From assembly GCF_037042905.1 (NCBI RefSeq), contig NC_087245.1:27840001-27904000 (forward strand): a DNA stretch of 64,000 bases. Reading direction: 5' to 3'. A program made the translations under genes and the position numbers. Positions 51,791 through 64,000 of this stretch are shown here, piece by piece. The notes beneath the pieces are model-generated. The model was not told the DNA's origin. It did no database searches and saw nothing but the letters and a program-made list of their open reading frames with translations. Source of the stretch: Lytechinus pictus. Lineage: Eukaryota. How positions within the stretch are numbered: the stretch's first letter is position 1; each line of letters starts with the position of its first letter.

Positions 51791-51925
51791 CATTTTTGTG
51801 TTCGAATGTGCTTGCCAGCTGTAAGAATTTATTGACAAACCTTCATTCTGATAAAATTGGACATTTTCACAACTACCGAGAAGAAATAAATAACGTGGTG
51901 AAGACAATATAAAAATGTTACAAGA

Positions 51926-52334
51926 ATGAGTGACGGTTATTCCGACGATATAATGATGCCCTCAGACGGGGAAAATTACCCCGGCCGTCGTCGTCCATAT
52001 CGTAAGCTGATTGGAAAAGATGACCACGGAGCAAGGGTATCTCGTCTTAATATGGTGATTCTGATAGTCTTTATCGCCTTCATCGGAAAGGTTCGTTGCG
52101 ATTGCCCCGACCTCGGTCTCGACGACGTTCTCATTCCTTCCGGTCAAAACTGTGAACTGTCCACGGATCTGCACACATCGGCTTTGACTGTCGATGGCGT
52201 ACTCATCGTCCATTCCAATGCCCAGATTTTTGTCGATGAGCTGACCGTACGTAACAGTGGACATATATCAGCCAACGGTCAAGGCTTCGGGCCAGGATCT
52301 GGACCAGGTCAAGGGACCTCTACGGGATCCGGTG
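51926..52334 (+). CDS. First coding exon of an uncharacterised secreted/surface protein with a Gly-rich repeat (ISANGQGFGPGSGPGQG..GSGG)
   Basis: GC-richer open frame; hydrophobic signal-like segment LNMVILIVFIAFIGKVRC; strong donor GGTG|GTAAGT at 52334/52335; later exons not found in the window. Confidence 0.75.
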
Positions 52335-53539
52335 GTAAGTCGTACGAACAGAGTCTAAAGGCAGGGGAGGCGCCACGAGGGAGAAAGGGAGGAGGAGGCA
52401 ACATACTTCTTTCTCAGTTGAATTGTAGGGCTAATTTACCCCCCCCCCCCCGTTCTCTCTCCTTTTTTTCTTTCACCAAATAAACATTCATAGGGCTACT
52501 GTCCCGCCCCATCTCGTTTCCGCCTCCCTGTCTCAAGTCAATTTTTTTTTCAAAGCATCCCTTCTGAATTCGGACTAACATCATCATGCGATAAACTCCA
52601 TTATTCTAGGATGATTGCATTTTAAATCCTTCTCAATGTTGGGGATTATGAGTATTAGATTGTATAAACATTTCAATACCTTAACCCCTTCTAAATGAGT
52701 TAGACATCATGTATATCCTGTTAAAGGAAATATGGGAAATGGATTTGCCCTTATCGGAATCAATATCACTTTATTTCTCCTCAAATTACTCTTTCAGCAT
52801 CCTGGTATTTCATCTTCATCAAGTTCAACTTATTTAGTTATTGGCACGATTGACACGTACAACTTTACTTTATTCCTTAACCGGGGAGTGGGGGCACTTA
52901 CATTGACGAGTGGATACCATGTTAAGACACATTTTGGTAACAGCACATTTTGGTAAATTTACCAATATGTGCAGGACATTGACTGCACATTTTGGTAACT
53001 TCTGGGATTATTCTCTAAGTTGTCTGTTCTCATTCATTGTATTAAAATATTAACAAAGATACCATGTAACTGCACATGGAGGGCATAACAGTTATAAAAC
53101 CACATCAGCTAAACACATTTATTTTACCATTAATTTTGTCTCATCTCGAGTTGGTCTAAGACCTACATGGTCTAATACCCAACCTCTGTCCAATTCCATT
53201 TCGTCCAATGTCCATATCGTATAATGCTGTTTAGTCCAATATCATTTTGTTCAATAGCCATTCGTGCAATAGACATTTACTCTAAGAGCCACTTCGTGTA
53301 AGAGCCATTTCGTCCAAAGCCACTTCGTCTAAGAGCGACTTCATGTAAATGCCACTTCGTTCAATAAACAATTTTTTTTCCAATTGCCATTTCATCCAAT
53401 AGCCAGTTGGGCCAAAAGCCACTTTGTCCAATAGCCATTTTGGTTTAATGACATTTGATCCAATTCGGTCCAACACCTACTTGGTCTTAGTGACAGCTGG
53501 TCCAATACCAATTTGGTCCCATGCCCACTTGGTCTAAGG

Positions 53540-53764
53540 CAGGGGCGCATCCAGGATTTTCCAACGGGGGAAGGCACATTTTTTTTCCCCGAGGAAAAAT
53601 TTGACAAGCAAAAAAAAAAAGTTTTCACTTTCAAAGGGAGGGGGGCACACACTGCTGTTTTTACGGCATTTTTACATTATAAATTTCAATTGTGCCTCTC
53701 AAGATGGGGGTGGGGCACGGACCGGCTTTGCCGCTCCCCCCCCCCCCGATCCGCCAGCGCAGTG
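53540..53764. mobile_element. hAT-type MITE (second copy at ~56645-56881)
   Basis: Starts CAGGGGCGCATCC, ends GATCCGCCAGCGCAGTG; 8-bp TSD GTCTAAGG. Confidence 0.7.
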
Positions 53765-53910
53765 GTCTAAGGTGTAAAAGTCTACGCAATCGCGTGGTAT
53801 TCATAGGTGTGAACGCCCCCAGCTCTTGCCCCCCCCCCACACACACACACATACGCACACATTCACTCTCTTTGTGAAAACTATTGACTTTCCCAATGTC
53901 AGATATACAA

Positions 53911-54962
53911 TGCATTTAGACAAATTCAGAATATATCGACTAAGCAATTTTATCGCACTTTTTTAAATATTAATAACTCCGAAACCTCCAAGGTGTTTAC
54001 TCGTTTTTTTAAATCAACTTTACAACATCGATAGGCAACAGACTTCCAAATTGTTCACTCTTCCATTACGAATCACTATTGACACCAGACTTCGAATCAC
54101 ACACTATAAAATTTTAAACAACAATACCTACAAATGAATGGCTCACAAAAATAGGAAAGAAAACCAATGCATTATGCTCTTTTTGCAATGCGACACCCGA
54201 GACTTTGGATCATTTGTTTTTTGCATGCCCTAAAATAGCATCCTTTTGGAATGCGTTGCGTTTGAGAGTGACTGATTTTAATCCTAATTATTTCCTTTCA
54301 CGAAATACTATTTTATTTGGATTACTAGAACCATTGAGTCAATCCACCTTAGCATTTAATTTTCTAATTTTACTTGGTAAACAATTCATTTTGCGATGTA
54401 AATACCAAGAGACTCTCCCTAGTTTGAAACAATTTAATTATTATCTTTTATCTTATAAAGTTACTGAGGAAATTATTGCAAAAAAGAAAAACAAACTCAA
54501 TAAACACAATGTAAAATGGCAAAACATAAACAATTTTTTTTCCATTGCATAAATTGTAACCACTGTAGATTAGTATTTTGTGTTAATCGTCTTTGTGAGT
54601 TTGTTTTATCTTCTGTTCATGTTGTAGTGGTGTTTTTTATGTCATACTTTCGGTCATGTTAATACATTAAAATGTCATATTTTTTGGGTTGCGCTATACC
54701 CCGGCGATGCCGCCAGGACGACAGTGAACCGCCGGGTATTACCGTACCCCTTTTTCTTTTTCGGTTTTAATGGATCGTCTTGTCGGCAGGACTAGGGTAC
54801 AAGTTACTTGTAAATTATTCTGAGTTCACAATTTTTTTAAAGGATATGTTGTATGTACTTATACACAGTTTGTATCAATGTTCTGTTTGAAGTGCAACCA
54901 TATGTTTTGTATACTTTGATTGTTTTTGTGACGAATAAAAACTGCAAAGATAAAAAAAATAA
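53911..54962 (+). mobile_element. 3' fragment of an L1/Tx1-clade LINE (copy 1)
   Basis: zf-RVT-type CSFCNATPETLDHLFFACPKIASFW..GKQFILRCK..KW, 3' UTR, AATAAA and A-rich tail. Confidence 0.75.
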
Positions 54963-57654
54963 GCAGCACCTCCTGAGAATGAGGTTGATGTGCTAGAGAT
55001 TTGACACAACTTTTTGTTGTAACTTTTTTCTGACCTAAATGAATTTCATTTAGTTGGAATAAATCATTTTTAGTCCTTTTCTACCTCATGAACAAAATTC
55101 CCTTTCATTATTGGAGTGAAACTTTTTTGCCGCTTTTTAACAAATTAGCATCCCATATCTCTTTTATTTTTTGCCTCTGCCATCTTTACATTTGCCATTT
55201 TATTTTTAACTCCGCCATTATTATACTGTTAGAAAATTTCTACTTAAAAATATCCCCAAAACTCCTGCGGCATGTCTTTTTTTTGTACCTATGTCATTAT
55301 TACCTTTGTCAATATTACCTCTGCCATTTTTACTTCTGCCACTTATACCTTTGCCATTTTATCTTTGCCATTTATACCTCTGCCATTTATACCTCTGCCA
55401 TTTTTACCTCTGCCATTTCACCTCTGCCATTTTTACCTTTGCCATTATTACCTCTGCTATTATACCTCTCTTCTCTTATTTTTACTTATGCCATTTTTAC
55501 CTTTGCCATTTTGGCTTTGCCATTTTTACCTCTGCCATTTTTACATCTGCCATTTTACCTTTGCGATTTTTACCTCTGCCATTTTTACCTCTCCCATTAT
55601 TACCATCGACAGTCAAGTCAATTTTTTTTCAAAGCATCCCTTCTGAATTCGGACTAACATCATCATGCGATAATTCTAGGATGATTGCCTTTTAAATCCT
55701 TCTCAATGTTGGAGATTATACGTATTAGATTGTATAAACATTTCAATACCTTAACCCCTTCTAAATGAGTTAGACATCATGTATATCATGTTAAAGGAAA
55801 TATGGGAAATGGATTTGCCCTTAACGGAATCAATATCACTTTATTTCTCATCAGCATCCTGGTATTTCATCTTCATCAAGTTCAACTTATTTAGTTATTG
55901 GCACGATTGACACGTACAACTTTACTTTATTCCTTAACCGGGGAGTGGGGGCACTTCCATTGCCGAGTGGATGCCATGTTATGGCACATTTTGGTAACTT
56001 ACCAAAATGAACAGTTAGCAAAATGTGCCGTAACTATAAATGTTAATACACATTTTGGTAAATTTACCAATATGTGCAGGACATTGACTGCACATTTTGG
56101 TAACTTCTGGGATTATTCTCTAAGTTGTCTGTTCTCATTCATTGTATTAAACTATTAACAAAGATACCATGTAACTGCACATGGAGGTCATTTCAGTTAT
56201 AAAACCACATCGGCTAAACACATTTAGTTTACCATTAATTTTGTCTCATCTCGAGTTGGTCTAAGACCTACATGGTCTAATACCCAACCTCTGTCCAATT
56301 CCATTTCGTCCAATGTCCATATCGTATAATGCTGTTTAGTCCAATATCATTTTGTTCAATAGCCATTCGTCCAATAGACATTTAGTCTAAGAACCACTTC
56401 GTGTAAGAGCCATTTCGTCCAAAGCCACTTCGTCTAAGAGCGACTTCATGTAAATGCCACTTCGTTCAATAAACAATTTTTTTTCCAAATGCCATTTCAT
56501 CCAATAGCCAGTTGGGCCAAAAGTCACTTTGTCCAATAGCCATTTTGGTTTAATGACATTTGATCCAATTCGGTCCAACACCTACTTGGTCTTACTGACA
56601 GTTGGTCCAATACCAATTTGGTCCCATGCCCACTTGGTCTAAGGCAGGGGCGCATCCAGGATTTTCCAACGGGGGAAGGCACATTTTTTTTCCCCCGAGG
56701 AAAAATTTGACAAGCAAAACAAAAAAGTCTTCACTTTCAAAGGGAGGGGGGGGGCACACACTGCTGTTTTTACGGCATTTTTACATTATAAATTTCAATT
56801 GTTTCTCTCAAGATGGGGGTGGGGCACGGACCGGCTTTGCCGCTCCCCCTCCCCCCCCCCCCCCGATCCGCCAGCGCAGTGGTCTAAGGTGTAAAAGTCT
56901 ACGCAATCGCGTGGTATTCATAGGTGTGAACGCCCCCGGCTCTTGCCCCCCCCCCCCACACACACACACATACGCACACATTCACTCTCTTTGTGAAAAC
57001 TATTGACTTTCCCAATGTCAGATATACAATGTACATTTATTTTATTTTCAGATCCTAAAATTGAAAATTCAATTTATTTCCATGTCCAAATTAACTGACA
57101 CCTTGCGCATGAGGGAGAGGAAGAGAAGGGGAGAGAAGAATATACAGATAATAATAACCCTGCAATATTCAAAACAAACGAGACCAAAAACTACAGCTCC
57201 ACAAAACAATTAATTATTAAATGAAAATTACTTGGCTTTTATTCAAATATCAGAGTCTTCAAATACATTCCTAATGAAATAAATCAAATCAGGACAAAAG
57301 AAATATGGAATATCCAATATTTGATTACATTCATTGGATAAATCTAAAAAAAATAAAAATAAAACGTAAAAGGATGGGAAAGCAAAGATATACATGGATT
57401 TTGTTTTGTTATTGTTCTTAAAAATTACCAGAGTTAAGCCTTGGGTAAGCAGATACGACTTACTTAAGTGTCAAATTCGCAAAAGCATGGGGATTGGTTT
57501 CACATTACTTACATATTACTTATTTTATATTCATGAGGATAATAAATTGGAGCACGGATACCAAAATCAGGTTAATAAAATCGATATTTGCATGTGTCTA
57601 AATAAGAGTTGTTCATTCTGTATTGTGTGTTTCATCTTTTTTACGGGGGGGCAT

Positions 57655-57930
57655 GGTTCGGTATAAAAAATGGCAGAGGTAATAATGGCAGAGGTAAACA
57701 GGGCAGAGGTAATAATGGCAGAGGTAAATATGGCAGGGGTGATAATGGCAGAGGAAAAAATGGCAGAGGTAATAACGGCGGAGGTGAAAATGGCAGAGGT
57801 AAATATAGCCATGATAGCAGAGGTACTAATGGGAGAGGTGAAAAAGGGAAGGGATTATAATGGGAGAGGTAAAAATGGGAAGGGGTTATAATGGGAGAGG
57901 TAAAAATGGCAGAAGTAAAAATGACAGTGG
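57655..57930 (+). repeat. 15-bp AATGGCAGAGGTA array (left-arm orientation)
   Basis: Same unit as 12180-12365. Confidence 0.85.
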
Positions 57931-59957
57931 TATGTATGGCCATTCTTAAACCCCCATACAATAATAAAAGCCCCCGCATGTACAAAGATTAAATAAGAGG
58001 TGCATGTCACAGTTTGGCATTTCATCATTTTAAGTCCTCATCGGTCTAACATGGCCCTGGAAATTTTCCTTGGGGTGCTGCTTGTATTATTTTCCATAGG
58101 CAGCACCCCCTGGAAATCTGGTAGGTATATGATGAATGACAGAAGTGTAATGAAAATGAAAGATGTTCTAGAGGACCCCCCCCCCTTAAGAATTTTCCTA
58201 CACAGTGCTTGAAATAGTGCTTCAATTCACCCTTTTCAGATCGAAATATAAAATATTGGTTTTCATAATAAAATATGTATTTAGAATGCCCTATTCTAGA
58301 TCTAAATCTAAACACACGCACGCATGTTTATTCAGATACGCAGTTTGTTTTTGTTTTTTTAATTTAAAACCTTAAATTAAATTTTCAGATCAAAATATGA
58401 AAAAAAATGTGCTTGCACTTCGCGCTCACATTATTAATGTAAGAAGATACGCATTACCCACCCTTTTCCTGAATTACAAAACATGAATGAGTAGGTCCTA
58501 AAGGAAAAGTTTACCCTGACAAAAAAATTCACCGTAAAAATTGCAGGAAAATAAAAAAATATTTCCGAAGGTTTTAGAAAAATTGATCAAAGAATTATAA
58601 AGTTATCATAATTTTATTATTTGATTTGTGACGTCATACGCATGCAGCATTCCTACATAGCGAATGGTAAAAATTAATGAAATGTCATTTTCTCAGAAAA
58701 TTAAATAGTTATGCAAATAAGCTACCGGGGCTTTGCCCCAGACCCCACGCAGTAGGGGCTCTTCATTTATAACCTTCAAATGGCTCTATAACGCCCCCCG
58801 TTAAATCACGTTAAATCACTGGCATACATGCGCGGAGGGGGGGGGGGGGGGGATCTTGGTTCCACACCCAAGAGGAAATAAAAGAAATTATAGGAGACAA
58901 CGTAAAATGAAATGAATGGAAACAATGAAATGTGTTATTTGCTGTATATAATGGACAAATCTATCACATAATTAGAATTTAATTTCAATAGACTTTTTCC
59001 AGCTCGCTTTGCACGCTGGCGACTTTTTATTTTTTTTCCCACATTGCTATGTTTTTCCCCCTCAAAATATTTGGTTCATTGCGCAACTGGGTTGAATAAA
59101 TGTGTTGTGTAAAAGCTATATTCTGTATAAGCCCGCGATTTGATTGAAATAGCGGCAATCTGCGAGGTTTAAATGGCTTTGATATCAAGATCATCCGATC
59201 ATGAATAGAAAAGAAAAAATAAGTCATCACGAACTATTAAAAATGGAATTGATGCATTGTATATTACCTAACATATGGGGCAACTGCTAGTTTATGACGT
59301 CACAAATCCAAAACTTAAAATTCTAATAACTTTCTTAATCTTTAACGGATTTTACTCAAACCTTTACCAATATTTTCATGATTTTTTCTGATATTTTTAC
59401 AACCAACTTTTCTTCAAGGTGAACATCCCCTTGAAGCCTCAATTTTGTTTCCGCGCTTCGCGCTCGCATCAATCGTGTAGTTATATATCTATCCTGTTCA
59501 TGATTAGAAAAGTGCTTAGAATATCCCGTTTTTAGATCTGAGATCTCAATTTTGCTTCCGCTCGCGCTTCGCGCTCGCATCCATTGCATAGTTATATACC
59601 TATCCTGTTCATGATTACAAAAAATGCTTAGAATGTCAAATTTTTATATCGGAATTTCAAAGTTTTCAGCTCGCGCTTGCATTAATTGATTGTTGAAATA
59701 TGAATCGTCTTCATTACATGGGTAACTGCAAAGAGTCGTCCCTTTTCGATCAGGCTAGAATGTATATTAAAAATATCTGCTCGCGTTGATCACGCTCGCA
59801 TTAATTATTTTTACATTCGCATTCTCTTTAGGATCACAAACATATTGCTCAAAATGTTAAATTTTCATGACAAAATACATAAAATCTCATTTTTTTTAGC
59901 TCCCACTATTTAATATTTATATTCTTTTATAAGAATAAAGCTAAGAAGTGACTGTCC

Positions 59958-60042
<85 letters not shown>

Positions 60043-60236
60043 AACTTTACACATTTGTATACTTTCTCCCATACGTGTACTGTATCAAAGCAATAGCTTT
60101 GATCCAGCTGAAGCATGGCGGCTTGTCATTGTTCGAAACCCACCTTCACCCGACAGGGGAAATTATAATTGGTATAGTGTCGAAAATCTGTCTATCTGAC
60201 GGTCAATCGGATCGGGGTCGCCCTAGCCACTAACCC

Positions 60237-60308
60237 GTCTCTGTGGTCTAGTGGTTAAGGCACCGGCGTTCAAAGCTGGGGGCCCGGGTTCGATTCCCGG
60301 CAGGGACA
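60237..60308 (+). tRNA. tRNA-like gene with anticodon TCA (opal-suppressor-like; Glu-like body; not tRNA-Sec architecture)
   Basis: Acceptor GTCTCTG/CAGGGAC-A; D arm GTCT-AGTGGTTA-AGGC; anticodon arm CCGGC-GT TCA AA-GCTGG; variable GGGC; T arm CCGGG-TTCGATT-CCCGG. Confidence 0.7.
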
Positions 60309-60314
60309 TTTTTT
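60309..60314 (+). terminator. RNA polymerase III terminator (T6)
   Basis: TTTTTT directly after the discriminator base. Confidence 0.65.
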
Positions 60315-60457
60315 CGGCATTACCAATTTTTCCAAAGGGTAGATAGCTCTGGGGAACCTTGATTTAAGCTACGCCTACCATTGTTCTCTTCATCCATTTC
60401 TTTACAATATTTAAATAAAAGAGTTGCCAAAGCTGTTGTACATGTATAACTTTACAC

Positions 60458-60510
<53 letters not shown>

Positions 60511-61099
60511 TATCACAATAATTATAAAGATAATAATAATAATAATTATAATAATAGTCATGGCTCTGCGGTCTAGGGCTTTTAAAAAAGAAATGAAAGG
60601 AAATATTTTTTTCATTCAATTTATCATAAGCAAAATGAAACTGCATAGTCCATCCGGTTATAACATTCCTTTTCGTCTGGCTGGTTCTTTTGATCTAAAG
60701 CTTTTCCAGGTTTACCGATAAAAAAGGAGAGACATGAGAGAGGTGGAAAGACAGAATGGATTCTGGGGCGGGGAAAAGAGGGGGAATTAGCTTAAAATGT
60801 TAACGAACGATTGCGGTCAAATATTTTGTCCTTATTTGTATGTAGTCTGTACTAGGCTGTACTTTTCTTTTTAAATATTTGAATAACAATAAACATGCAC
60901 TCCCAGGTTTGGCACTGAATTTAGAATTCATGAAAATCAATAATATTCTTGTTTTGCATGGTAAACCAATTTGGGGTCGATCGAGGGTCTGGTTCAGATT
61001 CTTTGTATAAAAGAAGGCCCCGGACCTTTACCACTGCATCCAATATGATATTGAATAAAAACGCATTGATGATCATAACCCTTGGAAGCGGGAGTGCTG

Positions 61100-62210
61100 T
61101 TGGGTATTGTGTACACCATAATCTTGTAAAAGAACCTGGGGATTTCCCTTCTCTTTTCTGTGAATCTGCATTTAGACAAATTCAGAATATATCGACTAAG
61201 CAATTTTATCGCACTTTTTTAAATATTAATAACTCCGAAACCTCCAAGGTGTTTACTCGTTTTTTTAAATCAAATTTACAACATCGATAGGCAACAGACT
61301 TCCAAATTGTTCACTCTTCCATTACGAATCACTATTGACACCAGACTTCGAATCACACACTAAAATTTTAAACAACTTAATACCTACAAATGAATGACTC
61401 ACAAAAATAGGAAAGAAAACCAATGCATTATGCTCTTTTTGCAATGCGACACCCGAGACTTTGGATCATTTGTTTTTTGCATGCCCTAAAATAGCATCCT
61501 TTTGGAATGCGTTGCGTTTGAGAGTGACTGATTTTAATCCTAATTATTTCCTTTCACGAAATACTATTTTATTTGGATTACTAGAACCATTAAGTCAATC
61601 CACCTTAGCATTTAATTTTCTAATTTTACTTGGTAAACAATTTATTTTGCGATGTAAATACCAAGAGACTCTCCCTAGTTTGAAACAATTTAATTATTAT
61701 TTTTTATCTTATAAAGTTACTGAGGAAATTATTGCAAAAAAGACAAACAAACTCAATAAACACAATGTAAAATGGCAAAACATAAACAATTTTTTTCCAT
61801 TGCATAAATTGTAACCACTGTAGATTAGTATTTTGTGTTAATCGTCTTTGTGAGTTTGTTTTATCTTCTGTTCATGTTGTAGTGGTGTTTTTTATGTCAT
61901 ACTTTCGGTCATGTTAATACATTAAAATGTCATATTTATTTGGTTGCGCTATACCCCGGCGATGCCGCCAGGACGACAGTGAACCGACGGGTATTACCGT
62001 ACCCCTTTTTCTTTTTCGGTTTTAATGGATCGTCGTGTCGATAGGGTACAAGTTACTTGTAAATTATTCTGAGTTCACAATTTTTTTAAAGGATATGTTG
62101 TATGTAATTATACACAGTTTTTGAATGTTCTGTTTGAAGTGCAACCATATGTTTTGTATACTTTGATTGTTTTTGTGACGAATAAAAACTGCAAAGATAA
62201 AAAAAATAAG
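61100..62210 (+). mobile_element. 3' fragment of an L1/Tx1-clade LINE (copy 2)
   Basis: Same sequence as copy 1 (ORF 61461-61814); 5' boundary approximate. Confidence 0.75.
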
Positions 62211-62409
62211 CAGCACCTCCTGAGAATGAGGTTGGTGTGCTAGAGATTTGACACAACTTTTTGTTGTAACTTTTTTCTGACCTAAATGAATTTCATTTAG
62301 TTGGAATAAATCATTTTTAGTCCTTTTCTACCTCATGAACAAAATTCCCTTTCATTATTGGAGTGAAACTTTTTTGCCGCTTTTTAACAAATCAGCATCC
62401 CATATCTCT

Positions 62410-63360
62410 TTTATTTTTTGCCTCTGCCATCTTTACATTTGCCATTTAATTTTAACTCCGCCATTATTATACTGTTAGAAAATTTCTACTTAAAAATATC
62501 CCCAAAACTCCTGCGGCATGTATTTTTTTTACCTATGTCATTATTACCTTTGTCAATATTACCTCTGCCATTTTTACTTCTGCCACTTATACCTTTGCCA
62601 TTTTATCTTTGCCATTTATACCTTTGCCATTTTTACCTCTGCCATTTTACCTTTGCCATTTTCACCTTTGCCATTTCACCTCTGCAATTTTTACCTTTGC
62701 CATTATTACCTCTGCTATTATACCTCTCTTCTCTTATTATTACTTATGCCATTTTTACCTTTGCCATTTTGGCTTTGCCATTTTTACCTCTGCCATTTTT
62801 ACATCTGCCATTTTACCTTTGCGATTTTTACCTCTGCCATTTTTACCTCTGCCATTATTACCTCTGTTATTTTTACTTATGCCATTATTACCTCTGCTAT
62901 TTTTACTTATGCCATTTTTACCTCTGCCATTATTACATTTGCTATTTTTACCTCTGCCATCTTTACCTATGCCATTTTTACTTCTGCCACTTATACCTTT
63001 GCCATTTTATCTTTGCCATTTATACCTCTGCCATTTTTACCTCTGCCATTTTACCTTTGCCATTTTCACCTTTGCCATTTCACCTCTGCAATTTTTACCT
63101 TTGCCATTATTACCTCTGCTATTATACCTCTCTTCTCTTATTTTTACTTATGCCATTTTTACCTTTGCCATTTTGGCTTTGCCATTTTTACCTCTGCCAT
63201 TTTTACATCTGCCATTTTTACCTTTGCCATTATTACCTCTGCTATTTTTACCTCTGCCATCTTTACCTCTGCCATTTTTACCTTTGCCAATTTACCGTTG
63301 CAATTTTTACCTCTGCCATCTTTACCTCTGCCATCTTTACCTCTGCCATTTTTACCTCTG
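62410..63360 (-). repeat. 15-bp TTTTTACCTCTGCCA array (right-arm orientation; shorter copy at 55170-55605)
   Basis: Dozens of degenerate units with an internal block duplication; explains the low-complexity LPLPF/CHFYL/TSAIF ORFs. Confidence 0.9.
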
Positions 63361-63645
63361 ACTTTGACTCTAACCCAATACCATAATTATAAATCTTTAC
63401 TCCATTACAACCGTAAAATGTGGTTTTGAAATTGTTACCATATGTGCATATTGCCGAAAATGTGCAGGCACATCACTTTTGGTAACAAAAAATCCTGCCA
63501 GGGGCCAGGCATAGGTGCACTTTCGGCACATTTTGGTAACATATTTGTTTTATCAATATGTGCAGTTACCAAAATGTACCGTAACATAGTGATGAGGAAC
63601 CAGATTAGCTCCTTTGCACAGCGCGGCGAACCGGGGGGGGGGGGG

Positions 63646-63950
63646 CAGCGGCGTAACAGGGGTCGGTGGCCAGGGGGAGGGGGGGCAAGAGCCTAAAATT
63701 TCCCGGTCATATCATGGTATGAACAGGCGTAATGGTGTAATGAGGCGACTATTTTGAGAAGGCCAGATATTGCGTATCGAGCAGAATTTATCTATAAAGA
63801 AAAAATGCGAGCGAGCGAAGCGAGCGAGCAAAAATGTTGACCTTTTTAATACAAAAATCCAATTTTGTGATAGATTTTGACATATCCAGAGAATAATATA
63901 TTTCACTCTTTTTCCTTTAGATTCCCTTTTTTGTGGTCTGTACGCCACTG
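63646..63950. mobile_element. hAT-type MITE
   Basis: CAGCGGCGTA ... TACGCCACTG; TSD not evident. Confidence 0.55.
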
Positions 63951-64000
63951 TGAACAGGATTTTTTGCGGCAGTAGCGTGACGAGTAAAAAAAACAACAAC

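Larger units (their letters stand above)
52533..57031 (+). repeat. Direct duplication A: 52533-53912 and 55613-57031
   Basis: Near-identical ~1.4-kb blocks with scattered substitutions and indels. Confidence 0.92.
60034..60461. mobile_element. ~430-bp cassette with 23-bp terminal direct repeats inserted in (TA)n, carrying a tRNA-like gene
   Basis: TACATGTATAACTTTACACATTT at 60034-60056 and 60439-60461; (TA)n at 59958-60035 and 60461-60512. Confidence 0.75.
53911..62860 (+). repeat. Direct duplication B: 53911-~55600 and 61167-~62860
   Basis: Near-identical ~1.7-kb blocks, both starting TGCATTTAGACAAATTCAG. Confidence 0.92.

Noticed and set aside
52335..52483. C-terminal part of ORF 51926-52483
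   Set aside because: Intronic, after the GTAAGT donor.
60100..60200. Hammerhead ribozyme or SECIS in the tRNA cassette
   Set aside because: CTGAAGC...CGAAAC deviates from CUGANGA and I could not build the three stems; no convincing SECIS fold by eye. Needs an Infernal scan.
60237..60308. Call as genuine tRNA-Sec
   Set aside because: Short variable loop, 7/5 stem layout and A discriminator do not match tRNA-Sec.
62418..63429. ORFs with LPLPF/CHFYL/TSAIF repeats (also 12126-12731, 55088-55695, 57567-57985)
   Set aside because: Translations of the 15-bp repeat in several frames.

Overview
AT-rich, repeat-dense eukaryotic (animal) genomic DNA. The repeat repertoire suggests a marine deuterostome such as a sea urchin (inference). 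Two host genes are visible. One is a minus-strand SLC16/MCT-type MFS transporter with three spliced exons (13225-13420, 2902-3045, 608-1699) whose 3' end runs off the window. The other is the first coding exon (51926-52334) of a plus-strand, probably secreted, Gly-rich repeat protein. The rest is mostly mobile DNA: an intact Rex1/Babar LINE ORF, a full-length decayed CR1, a 5'-truncated RNase H-bearing I-group LINE, L1/Tx1 and Crack-like fragments, and a tRNA-derived SINE. There are also several Academ-type (TAG..CTA, 3-bp TSD) foldback elements with transposase relics, Helentron-like and hAT/TTAA MITEs, minisatellites, a 1.15-kb polypyrimidine tract and a local A-B-A-C-B duplication. The most unusual item is a fully paired 72-nt tRNA cloverleaf with a UCA (opal-reading) anticodon and a T6 terminator (60237-60314). 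It sits in a ~430-bp cassette with 23-bp terminal direct repeats inside a (TA)n microsatellite. All family assignments come from motif recognition by eye, not from database searches.
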